This document shows positions 50,350 to 59,062 of a stretch of DNA of 64,000 nucleotides, piece after piece (position 1 is the first letter of the stretch; each line of letters opens with the position of its first letter). The position numbers and the translations under genes were made by a program. Under the pieces are notes generated by a model that had not been told where the DNA came from, searched no databases, and worked only from the letters and a program-made list of their open reading frames with translations. This stretch comes from Kiritimatiellia bacterium (GTDB lineage Bacteria > Verrucomicrobiota > Kiritimatiellia > RFP12 > JBMNHG01): positions 62,001-126,000 of the forward strand of contig JBMNHG010000002.1 of NCBI GenBank assembly GCA_050950285.1, written 5' to 3'.

Positions 50350-52461
50350 GTGATGGTGCGGGGGACTTTCGCGGAGCCGTCCGGCCGAGGCGGCGGCGCC
50401 GGCGGCGGCCTGCCGCCCTTCCGCGTCACCGTTCCGTCGGTCGACGTCGACTGGGCGGGCTTTGCCGGTCCGGCGGACGAAAACGGGGAGGAGGCCCGCT
50501 TCGTCGTCGTGCCGCTCAACACCAACAAGGCGGACGACATCCGCGGGATCAAGCTCCACGACCCCTTCGACGAGGACCAGCGAAACGGACGCCCCCGATT
50601 CCCGCATGGCAAGCCCGTCCATCCCGACATCACGCTCCATTGGGAGGCGGGGAACCCGCTCGCCCTGCTCGGGGGAACCACGGTTTACACGAACAAAATC
50701 GAGATCGACGCCAGGGAGGTCGACTGGCCCCTGGATTACGCCGTCATCCCGCGTCATTCGGCCATTCCCTTCGCCATCGCCGCCGAGGGCCAGGCCGCCG
50801 AGGGCGGCAAGGCGGTGGACATCGTCCACGGGCGCATCGTCGACGTCGACCTCGACGTTGACGCCAACCACGACGGTGCCATCACCGGCGCCGACGAGCC
50901 CTTGGAGATGGACCCCGGCGGACTGGCCTGCGTCTGCACGAACCACCTGACGCCGATCAAGCTCACGCTTCAGCCCGCCGGACTGACCGGCAGGCTGACC
51001 CTCTCGGCGACGATGGGAGGCCAGCGCATCAAGGTGTGGAGGAACGCCAACCGGACCGGCCAGATCGATCTGTCCCAACGCGGCAATGTGGCGCCCGGCA
51101 CGCTCTACGTCGAGGGGGTCACCAACAGCGCCGCCCTCCGCGACGTGGAACTGCGCCTGGAATACGACGAGAATCCGCAAGGCCAGAACAACCCCCTCTT
51201 CAAATGCGCCGATGTGGTGCGGCTGACCGTCATAAAGGTAGACTTGAAAGAAGTCTCCTTCAGCGGGACGAAATACCACACCGTCAAGAAAGACGACGGG
51301 AGTCAGGACTACACAGCCCCTCACTGGCAGGACAATTCCTCGCCGCTTGATGGAGATGCCGACGACGCGGGCGACAAGAAATATCCGATCTGCTTCACGC
51401 GAAACACCAAGATGAAAGTGTCGGCGAAGTGGCGGATTGAACCGTCCGGTCTTGGTGTCACGATCAAGATCAAAGGAGACGGTCCCGGCAACCTCGACTT
51501 CCCGGAGACAACAGCGGCGATCAGCGGTAATGACTTGACCATCACGGATGTGGAATGCTCGAACCCATTCGCCAACGAGATTGATTTCTTTGATCCAATG
51601 TCTATCTCGTGGAGTTATTCGATGGACGGCGGCTCGACGTGGTGCAGTGCCGGAACAAGCGCCAATCAAACCTACGTGACGCTTGGCGATCCATTGACCA
51701 CGGTCTATCACACGCTGGTTCATCTTGGATGCAAGAACGCTGACGGGGAGAATACGGCAACAAACTGCACCTCGAGGATATGGATCGAATTCACTGACCG
51801 GGACGTCCGTCGTGTAGATGGCGTCCAGCTTACCTATTACGCATCCTACACGTGCGGCAACGTTACGACGGCTAGCCTTCTTGCCAATGGTGACGGGCAG
51901 TGCGGTGCCTGGGCGAGTCTGTTTATTGACATGCGAAAAGTACAAGGTATTGATGACACGGACGAGTACGTTATCTTTCGCCCGATCACGCCATATGGAA
52001 TTCCACAAAGCTATGTCGGATTCTTGGTTAAGAACTGGACGTTCACAGGAGCAGGAACAAGCGGCTTCGCCACCCATCCGTATATGAACATACCTGATTT
52101 TCCATTGGTTGGAGGAGACAGCTACAACTGGAAGTTCTCGGAAGTTGACGATGCGACGGGGATTCCGGGGCAAGGGAATGCAAACCCAGCATCTCTGTTC
52201 AACAATCATCAAGTTGTCATTAGCGGAGAATACTATGATCCCTCGTGTGGGATAAAGCACAGCAGACTGCAGGATATAGACGACAATGCCATTGATGGCT
52301 ACTACATCGGGCCGATTTCTTATCCTGTCGATGAGCCAGCAGTGAACCTTGACTTGAATGGCGATGGAGACAAGACAGATCTACAGGTGGATACTGGTGT
52401 TTACCTGATACAAAAGAATGCTGCAGGCTTGGATATTTGGGAACAAAGGTTTGACTGGTAG
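50350..52461 (+). CDS. Orphan toxin cassette 2: constant region plus transglutaminase-like CT2
   Basis: Intact 703-aa ORF beginning inside the repeat; GDGQCGAWASLF ... FNNHQVV ... YYDPS (Cys-His-Asp). Confidence 0.75.
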   Translation: MMVRGTFAEPSGRGGGAGGGLPPFRVTVPSVDVDWAGFAGPADENGEEARFVVVPLNTNKADDIRGIKLHDPFDEDQRNGRPRFPHGKPVHPDITLHWEAGNPLALLGGTTVYTNKIEIDAREVDWPLDYAVIPRHSAIPFAIAAEGQAAEGGKAVDIVHGRIVDVDLDVDANHDGAITGADEPLEMDPGGLACVCTNHLTPIKLTLQPAGLTGRLTLSATMGGQRIKVWRNANRTGQIDLSQRGNVAPGTLYVEGVTNSAALRDVELRLEYDENPQGQNNPLFKCADVVRLTVIKVDLKEVSFSGTKYHTVKKDDGSQDYTAPHWQDNSSPLDGDADDAGDKKYPICFTRNTKMKVSAKWRIEPSGLGVTIKIKGDGPGNLDFPETTAAISGNDLTITDVECSNPFANEIDFFDPMSISWSYSMDGGSTWCSAGTSANQTYVTLGDPLTTVYHTLVHLGCKNADGENTATNCTSRIWIEFTDRDVRRVDGVQLTYYASYTCGNVTTASLLANGDGQCGAWASLFIDMRKVQGIDDTDEYVIFRPITPYGIPQSYVGFLVKNWTFTGAGTSGFATHPYMNIPDFPLVGGDSYNWKFSEVDDATGIPGQGNANPASLFNNHQVVISGEYYDPSCGIKHSRLQDIDDNAIDGYYIGPISYPVDEPAVNLDLNGDGDKTDLQVDTGVYLIQKNAAGLDIWEQRFDW

Positions 52462-52470
52462 GAGACGATT

Positions 52471-53181
52471 ATGAGCACAATTCAATTCAAACAGTTGATC
52501 GCAAGGATGCTCCTTATGAGCTTTTCGTTGTTGAGCTATGGGCAAGAACTCCAGTCTTTGCAAGAGCTAATACGTGAAGCGACTCCGGAGTTGCCTGGGG
52601 CAAAGGTGCCTAATGGTAATGATGCGTCTCGCATTGCTCAAAAGGCGTATGTGGAAAAGATGCGGAGCCTTTCTGCGTTTGAAGGATGGATGCAACCAAA
52701 GCTTGTTGAACTTGGTTTTGAAATCAACGATTTTGCCGAAGTAGGTGATGCCGTATGGGAAGTTCGTTTTACCAATCTGAACTCAAAGGGACACCAAGCG
52801 CTTCGCGCCGTTTTATGGGTTCACGCTGAGACAAAGGTTGTCCACTTTGTCTGTGGGCCGTGGGACACCGCAGGGAAAGCCGCAAAGCCGTTGCAGATTG
52901 AAGGAACCAAGGTCTCGGCACAAGCAGATGCGAAGCGCATCGCGTTTGAGGCATACGCGAAGAAAATGCGCGCCGAGGTGCTTGCCAATGAGGGCGTGCA
53001 AGACATTTCTGTTGTCACGCTGGGCTATGACGTACCCGGCTTTGCCACAGAAGGTGAGCGTATCTGGGAAGCTCGCGTCCTGACCATTGAGGGAAAACTG
53101 CGAGCAATCATATGGGTTAATCCCCGTTCAGAGGATGTGCACTTTGTTTGCGGTTCGTGGGAAGAGAAAACATCGGAATAG
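52471..53181 (+). CDS. Putative immunity protein for CT2 (exported, tandem duplicated domain)
   Basis: TAGGAG SD overlapping the toxin stop; signal peptide; two copies of RIA..AY..KMR...LG.....FA..G...WE.R...LRA..WV......VHFVCG.W. Confidence 0.72.
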   Translation: MSTIQFKQLIARMLLMSFSLLSYGQELQSLQELIREATPELPGAKVPNGNDASRIAQKAYVEKMRSLSAFEGWMQPKLVELGFEINDFAEVGDAVWEVRFTNLNSKGHQALRAVLWVHAETKVVHFVCGPWDTAGKAAKPLQIEGTKVSAQADAKRIAFEAYAKKMRAEVLANEGVQDISVVTLGYDVPGFATEGERIWEARVLTIEGKLRAIIWVNPRSEDVHFVCGSWEEKTSE

Positions 53182-53417
53182 CTCTGTTCATCCCCGTCGT
53201 GCCCCGATCCGCGCCCGTACACGAAAAATGCGGGGCATTTTTTGCGCCGGTTGCTCCGCTGATGCGGTGCGCCGCCGGTCGAGCGTTGCCATGAATGTGA
53301 TCGTGATGACCGGAGGTGCTTAATCCGAAGTTCCAGCGATTCCCAACAGCCTGCTCATTCGCAAACCCTTGCAGGCAAGCATTCTACGCGCTTTCTGGCG
53401 CCATTTTCCCGTTCCGC

Positions 53418-55160
53418 TTACATGGAAACGCCCTTGTTGTTCCGCCAGCAGGCGTGGTCCGCCTCGAGCAGTTGGAAGGCTTTGGCCTGGAAGGCGTTCG
53501 GCATCGTGTCGCGGGTAAAGCGCACGGCGGTTCTGCCTTCTCCGAAACAGCATGTGTTGCGCACCTGTGTCGATAGCGCGCCAAGCAGCCCGTCCCAGCG
53601 CCGGAGCCGCAGTCCGTCAGTGGTGCGTTTCCGGGCGCGCTTGCGCTTGAGGTTTTCCGAGGGCTGCGCCTTGGCGACGGGATCGCGGCTGGCGCGGGCG
53701 GCTTCCAGTTCCTCGTCGGCGTAGAGCAGCGGGGCCAGGGCCTGGCGCATGTGCCATTCCACGTAATAGGCGAGCATGCACAGCAGCACGTGCGCGCGCA
53801 CGCGGTCCTCCAGGCGGTGGTAGATCGGGCGGACGAGCAGGTCGACGCCCTTGAATGTTCTGAAGGCCTGCTCGACGTCGCCCAGGCTCTTGTAGGCGCG
53901 CACCGCGTCCTCTGCGGAAAGCGACTCGGGCGTCTCGCTGGTGCGCACGACGTAGATGCCGTCCAGGGCGGCCTCGCGGGCGATGGATTCCGTGTCGCGC
54001 TCCCAGCCGAAGTGGTTGTCGGCGATGTCCAGCCTGAAGTGCTTGGCGACCTTGTAGCGGTTGATCACGCGTCCCGCCCTGACGCCGATCTCGGCTGCCG
54101 TCAGGGGTTTCCTCCTCCGGCGCCCCACATGGTCGCGCAGCTTGACGAGATCCTTCTCGGTGGACTCCAGCAGCTCGCCGCGCATGCGGGCGCGGTCCAT
54201 CGCCAGCAGCGGGTTGTAGCAGGCCACCAGCCGTTCGCCGGGGAAGTCGGGATGGATGATCTCGGCCAGGTTGCCCTGCGTGAACAGCGGCGCACCGGAG
54301 GGATCGCGTGTCTCCAGCAGCCTGCGGATGTCCGAGCTTCGCAGGCAGGATATCCAGCCGCAGCCCTCCTGCTGCCGCAGGCGGTCGATCTGCGTGTTCG
54401 TCAGCATGCCGCGGTCACCCACGAAGACGAACCGCGCTATGCCGAAGCCCCCGCGCAGCCGGTCGATCTGGTCCGGCACCGTCACCGGGTCGGCGGTGTC
54501 GCCGGGATACACCCGCACCGCGACCGGCCTGCCGTCGGTATCGGTCATAAGCCCGTAGACGATGCCGGGCAGCTTGAGGCCGTCGCGGTTGTATCCGCGC
54601 TTTGCCAGGGGGCATTGCTTGCCGTAGTAGGAGCTGCTCGATACGTCGTACAGGACTGTCGCCCCCTCGGCAAGGTGCCGCCCGGCCAGCTTGCGCTCGA
54701 TGAAGGGCTGGCGGGCCGCGAGCCAGTCCATCGCCGCATAAAGGTCGTTCTCGTCCACGTCCTGCACGCCGAACTCCTGCGCGAGCGTGGAGTCCCCGAA
54801 CAGGGAGACCGTCTCCAGCTTCGAGCCCGGCTCTATTATGCGCTGGGCTATCATCGCCAGCACGATGTCGCGCTCCGGGCAGGGCTTGGACGACACCAGA
54901 TCCCGCATGCCGAGCCGGCTCATTGCCGTGCGGACGGCCCTGACGTGGCCGCATGGCAGGGATCGCTCGATCTCGAAAAGGCTGTCGGCCTCCACAAGAT
55001 GCTCGCCCTTGAGCGCGGCGCGCAGCGCCGCCACCGCCTCGGGCGGCAGCATCGACAGGTTGGCAAGCGTGCGCTTGACGGTGCGCCCGCCCTCGCGGCA
55101 GCTCTCGCGCAGCAGGACTGCGGGCGGGGATTTGCGGTTCGGCACGATGTCAATGTACAT
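53418..55160 (-). CDS. IS1634-family DDE transposase
   Basis: LLRES.REG..VK.TLANLS, LY.AMDWL, LYDVSSSY, VGDRGM, YK.L..VEQAFR..K...L.VRPIYHR...RVRAHV..CMLAYY. Confidence 0.94.
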   Translation of the reverse strand: MYIDIVPNRKSPPAVLLRESCREGGRTVKRTLANLSMLPPEAVAALRAALKGEHLVEADSLFEIERSLPCGHVRAVRTAMSRLGMRDLVSSKPCPERDIVLAMIAQRIIEPGSKLETVSLFGDSTLAQEFGVQDVDENDLYAAMDWLAARQPFIERKLAGRHLAEGATVLYDVSSSSYYGKQCPLAKRGYNRDGLKLPGIVYGLMTDTDGRPVAVRVYPGDTADPVTVPDQIDRLRGGFGIARFVFVGDRGMLTNTQIDRLRQQEGCGWISCLRSSDIRRLLETRDPSGAPLFTQGNLAEIIHPDFPGERLVACYNPLLAMDRARMRGELLESTEKDLVKLRDHVGRRRRKPLTAAEIGVRAGRVINRYKVAKHFRLDIADNHFGWERDTESIAREAALDGIYVVRTSETPESLSAEDAVRAYKSLGDVEQAFRTFKGVDLLVRPIYHRLEDRVRAHVLLCMLAYYVEWHMRQALAPLLYADEELEAARASRDPVAKAQPSENLKRKRARKRTTDGLRLRRWDGLLGALSTQVRNTCCFGEGRTAVRFTRDTMPNAFQAKAFQLLEADHACWRNNKGVSM

Positions 55161-55166
55161 GGGCTC

Positions 55167-55195
55167 AATTTAGCAGACCTTTCAGTCTCATGCAA
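55167..55195 (-). promoter_or_regulatory. Transposase sigma70 promoter, probably leaderless
   Basis: Minus strand TTGCAT-17 nt-(TGC)TAAATT-6 nt-ATG. Confidence 0.55.
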
Positions 55196-55345
55196 GCGTA
55201 AAAATGGTGTTTCGTCAAAAAAGTTATTAACAATTACATGGGCGCAAATGGAACGGATTTTGCTGCCTTAGGGGTGCCGGAATGCCGCTAAATCAAGAAA
55301 ATATGGCCGTTTCGGGCATGAAAGAGCCGCTGGAACTTCGGCTTA

Positions 55346-57504
55346 ATGTTCGTTGTATCGCCTACGCGGTATGTTACGCCGCAAGCGGAGCATGCGTCGC
55401 GCCTACCGCTCCAGCGAATGCTCCGTTACGCGCGTCGAAAGGGCTACAAGGCTCACGCCTCGACATTTGACAAACGGGGAACGTTCGAGGAGCCGACCGG
55501 CAGCGGCGGCGCCGGCGGCGGCCTGCCGCCCTTCCGCGTCACCGTTCCGTCGGTCGACGTCGACTGGGCGGGCTTTGCCGGTCCGGCGGACGAAAACGGG
55601 GAGGAGGCCCGCTTCGTCGTCGTGCCGCTCAACACCAACAAGGCGGACGACATCCGCGGGATCAAGCTCCACGACCCCTTCGACGAGGACCAGCGAAACG
55701 ACCGTCCCCGATTCCCGCATGGCAAGCCCGTCCATCCCGACATCACGCTCCATTGGGAGGCGGGGAACCCGCTCGCCCTGCTCGGGGGAACCACGGTTTA
55801 CACGAACAAAATCGAGATCGACGCCGGGGAGGTCGACTGGCCCCTGGATTACGCCGTCATCCCGCGTCATTCGGCCATTTCCTTCGCCATCGCCGCCGAG
55901 GGCCAGGCCGCCGAGGGCGGCAAGGCGGTGGACATCGTCCACGGGCGCGTCGTCGACGTGGACCTCGATGTCGACGCCAACCACGACGGCAAAATTGATG
56001 ACGCCGACGAGCCTTTGGAGATGGACCCCGGCGGCTACGTCGGCGTCTGCACGAACAAACTGACCCCGATCACGCTGACGCTGAAGCCTGCCGGCCTGCC
56101 CGGCAAACTGACCCTCTCGGCGACGATGGGAGGGGACCGAATCCGCATCTGGAAAGACGCCGGGCGCGCGGTCGAGGTGGTATTGCCCAATGGCTGCGCC
56201 CAGGTGGCGCCCGGCACGCTCTACGTCGAGGGCATTGCCTCCAGCGCGACCGCCCGCGACGTGGAACTCCGCATCGAGTACGACGAGAACCCGCCGAACC
56301 AGAGCAACCCCCTCTTCAAGTGCGAGGACAGGGTGAAGCTGACCGTACTACTAACCCGGCCACAAATAGCGTTGCTCACGGAGATTCAGGCATTGGGAGC
56401 TGGAATTTGGAGTTGGGAAAGGGGCATGGACATTCCTGTCCGTGTCACGGGTTGGAAAACCCGTTCCCCTGTTTTGCAGTATGAATTGTGGCCGAGTTAG
56501 TAAGAGTGAATATCACGGCCTACCGTCCGACGACCGAATTACCTGCCTACGGGAATCCATTCCTGCGACACGAAGTGCCCGACGACCTGGAAGAATCGCC
56601 GGGGGCAGGAATCCGGGTCAATGGGGACACGGAATCGTCGGCGAACGAGAACGACTTGATAGAGGTGCAGCTCGACGTTGCACCGTTCCCCATTCCATCG
56701 GGGCTGACCTACATTCTCAAGCGGAACAACTCGAATATCAGGGTATGGGACAGCCAGACCATGGGCTCCGCGTTGCTCGATTCCGGTACGGAAGCGACGA
56801 TCACGACAAGCAGTTCGCCCATGTCGGTCTGGGTCGAGAATCCAAGCGGCGGCAGTGCCGACCTTGAGCTAATCGCCCGGTCTGGGACGACGGATGTCTG
56901 CTCCGACAAGATACACTTCTATCCCTGCTCAAGCGTGGTGGTTCTCTTCGAGGGTGAGTTCGGTGCCCCATCTGATCCGCCAGGAAGTGGTATCAGCACG
57001 CTGGCACTCGCCGCTTACACGAACGGGTATGATGTTCACGTCTATGCCGAGCCGGACCTTTTTGAAACGCCAAATACGGAAGAGGCGGCCTTTGCTGAAA
57101 TCGACAGTGCCGTTGAGAATCGAGGCGTAACAGCGGTTGCTATCATTGGCTACAGCCACGGCGGGGGCTCGACTTACAACGTCTCCGTGCGGCTAGATGC
57201 CGACGCCACGGCTTTCAACCTGGCTTTTACCGCATATATTGATGCGATTTCGCAACCGCTTGCCAATATAACTGCGGAAAACCGTCGTCCGGTCGGTTCC
57301 ACTTTTCACGTCAATTACCATCAAGTCGCGCAGATGAATGATGCGCCACTTTTCTTGGATGGCGCTCCAAGCACACCTGCAGGCGCTGGCTTTGAGGATA
57401 ATGTCGATGACCCGACAATAACGGAATCCCATACAACGATTGATGACGCACCGGTCGTCCAGGACGGGATTCGTACTCGCCTGTTTCAGCAGGTGAATCG
57501 CTAA
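55346..57504 (+). pseudogene. Orphan toxin cassette 3: constant region plus alpha/beta-hydrolase (lipase-like) CT3, split by a MITE into ORFs 55346-56500 and 56488-57504
   Basis: VAIIGYSHGGG nucleophile elbow, YIDAI, ESHTTIDD. Removing 152 nt gives one 668-aa ORF (...LTVL-RVNITAY...). Confidence 0.78.
56351..56500. mobile_element. 150-bp MITE with 15-bp TIRs and TA target duplication (IS630/Tc1-like)
   Basis: TA|CTAACCCGGCCACAA ... TTGTGGCCGAGTTAG|TA (one mismatch); no transposase inside. Confidence 0.85.
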
Positions 57505-57517
57505 AGAGAGGATTCTT

Positions 57518-58366
57518 ATGAACTGTAGATTATTGCTTTGGTTTCTCGGTCTTAGCTCTATTGTGTCGATGCTTTCATTCGGGGCTGATATCCAGTCCGA
57601 AAACCGACCGGCAGAGGTAATCCCTCTTGCCCCAGACATTCAACAAGAGATCGTGCGGGTAGTTACGGCGCTTTCGGCAGGCGACATGCCAGAAGAGGCC
57701 GTTTGGAAAATCGTGCGGGATTTCAAAGGTTTCAAAAACAAGCCGCCCGAGGAACTGCTTCTTCAGGTTTTGGCGGTATACGGCGGCAAGGATGAATACC
57801 GAACCAATCCGCAAGCGGAGAAGGCGAAACGTCTCCTGTTTTCGAGTCTTCTTCAGGAAATGACGCCCTCGAACATCGTCCTGGCCGTGGCTCCGAAATA
57901 TGAGCAAGCATCTGATCCGAAATTGGAGTACAGCCTTCGTCAAGCCCTTGGCATGGCGACATTGAGAGGCGGTCGCGTCGATGTAATGAATCCGAATTTC
58001 GATGCGTTTTCGGCCTACATTGCTCAACGCAAAGAGCAGCCGCCGGGGAAGCTTGTTGGCTTTATGTATGGCCACAACCCGCAAGCTGCTGTGTTGTCGA
58101 TGGCCCGCGTATACGGCGACAAAGCCGTCGAAACGGAACTTGCCGAACAACTCAAGGGCGATCCGAAGGCCATGCTTCAATCCCTTGCTACCCGGCCCGA
58201 ATGGTGGGTGCGGTTGTATGTCGTCGAGATGTTGAAAAAGAATCCCCAGTTGCACGATAAGGCCGTCCTCAAGAAACTTGAGCAGGATGCTGATCCGCTG
58301 GTTCGCGAACAAGCCGACAAGGTGCTTTCCGGAAGGGGAAACAGGGGAGAGTCCCTTGAAAACTAA
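57518..58366 (+). CDS. Putative immunity protein for CT3 (exported, helical/HEAT-like)
   Basis: GAGG SD 13 nt after the lipase stop; signal peptide; WWVRLYV.E.L...L.KLEQDADPLVREQA. Confidence 0.7.
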   Translation: MNCRLLLWFLGLSSIVSMLSFGADIQSENRPAEVIPLAPDIQQEIVRVVTALSAGDMPEEAVWKIVRDFKGFKNKPPEELLLQVLAVYGGKDEYRTNPQAEKAKRLLFSSLLQEMTPSNIVLAVAPKYEQASDPKLEYSLRQALGMATLRGGRVDVMNPNFDAFSAYIAQRKEQPPGKLVGFMYGHNPQAAVLSMARVYGDKAVETELAEQLKGDPKAMLQSLATRPEWWVRLYVVEMLKKNPQLHDKAVLKKLEQDADPLVREQADKVLSGRGNRGESLEN

Positions 58367-58405
58367 GGGCGACCCCCAACGCCTGCTTGCCTGTGCAAAA
58401 AAGCA

Positions 58406-58996
58406 TTGGCTTTTCACAGGGGCTTTGTTTTCATGTGTTTTGCTACGGCAGACTGTGTGTTGGCGGACCCCATGAAGTGTGATCGGTCTTTCCTCTCTAC
58501 GAGACGGGAGGCCGCGAAGATCAAAGAGAAGAAGAGGATGGAGCTTTCGTCCGAAACGCTACCACAGAAAACGGAAGAAGCCCTCTCAACGCTTCAGGAT
58601 AACGGGTCCACGCCAGCCGACCGCAACAAGGCTGTTCTTGCCCTCGGGAACTCAGGCGACGAGACAGCTATACCGGCCCTGCTTGCAGAACTGGCGAGCG
58701 TGAGTGACCCAGTCGTGAAGCAGAATACGATCACGATGCTTGGCAGACTCCGCGCGAAGCAAGCCGTGCCCGATCTCCTGAAAATTCTGGATACCCCTGT
58801 AACTGGAAACGTATCCGACGAGGGAGAGTGGGAAGCGATCTTTCGCAGGGAAGCGACAAAGGCGCTTGGCCGTATTGGCGATCCCTCAGCCCTGGTGACG
58901 CTGGGGAAGGCCATGGACGCTTCCCACGAATACCAGAGCGTCCGGGATGCTGCCAGGACTGCGATACGGATGATCGAGAAACCGCTTGAACAGTGA
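58406..58996 (+). CDS. HEAT-repeat protein (second putative immunity or accessory gene); start uncertain
   Basis: RNKAVLALGNSGDETAIPALL, LGRLRAKQAVPDLLKIL, REATKALGRIGDPSAL..L. Confidence 0.75.
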   Translation: MAFHRGFVFMCFATADCVLADPMKCDRSFLSTRREAAKIKEKKRMELSSETLPQKTEEALSTLQDNGSTPADRNKAVLALGNSGDETAIPALLAELASVSDPVVKQNTITMLGRLRAKQAVPDLLKILDTPVTGNVSDEGEWEAIFRREATKALGRIGDPSALVTLGKAMDASHEYQSVRDAARTAIRMIEKPLEQ

Positions 58997-59062
58997 CATC
59001 ATCCCTCCTTCCGGCACTACGCCTGCTTACGCGGGCTCATGCCGTTGCCCTACGCTCCGCAA

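Larger units (their letters stand above)
53325..55341 (-). mobile_element. IS1634-family insertion sequence, 2017 bp, 14-bp TIRs, 6-bp TSD CTTAAT
   Basis: CCGAAGTTCCAGCG at 53325 and CGCTGGAACTTCGG ending 55341; CTTAAT at 53319-53324 and 55342-55347; empty site visible at 59167-59172. Confidence 0.95.
53215..57224 (+). repeat. Direct repeat copy A (about 2 kb excluding the IS) of 59063-61037
   Basis: Shared leader ccgtacacgaaaaatgcggggc..., constant region, MITE and lipase 5' part up to ...ttcaacctggc. Confidence 0.92.
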
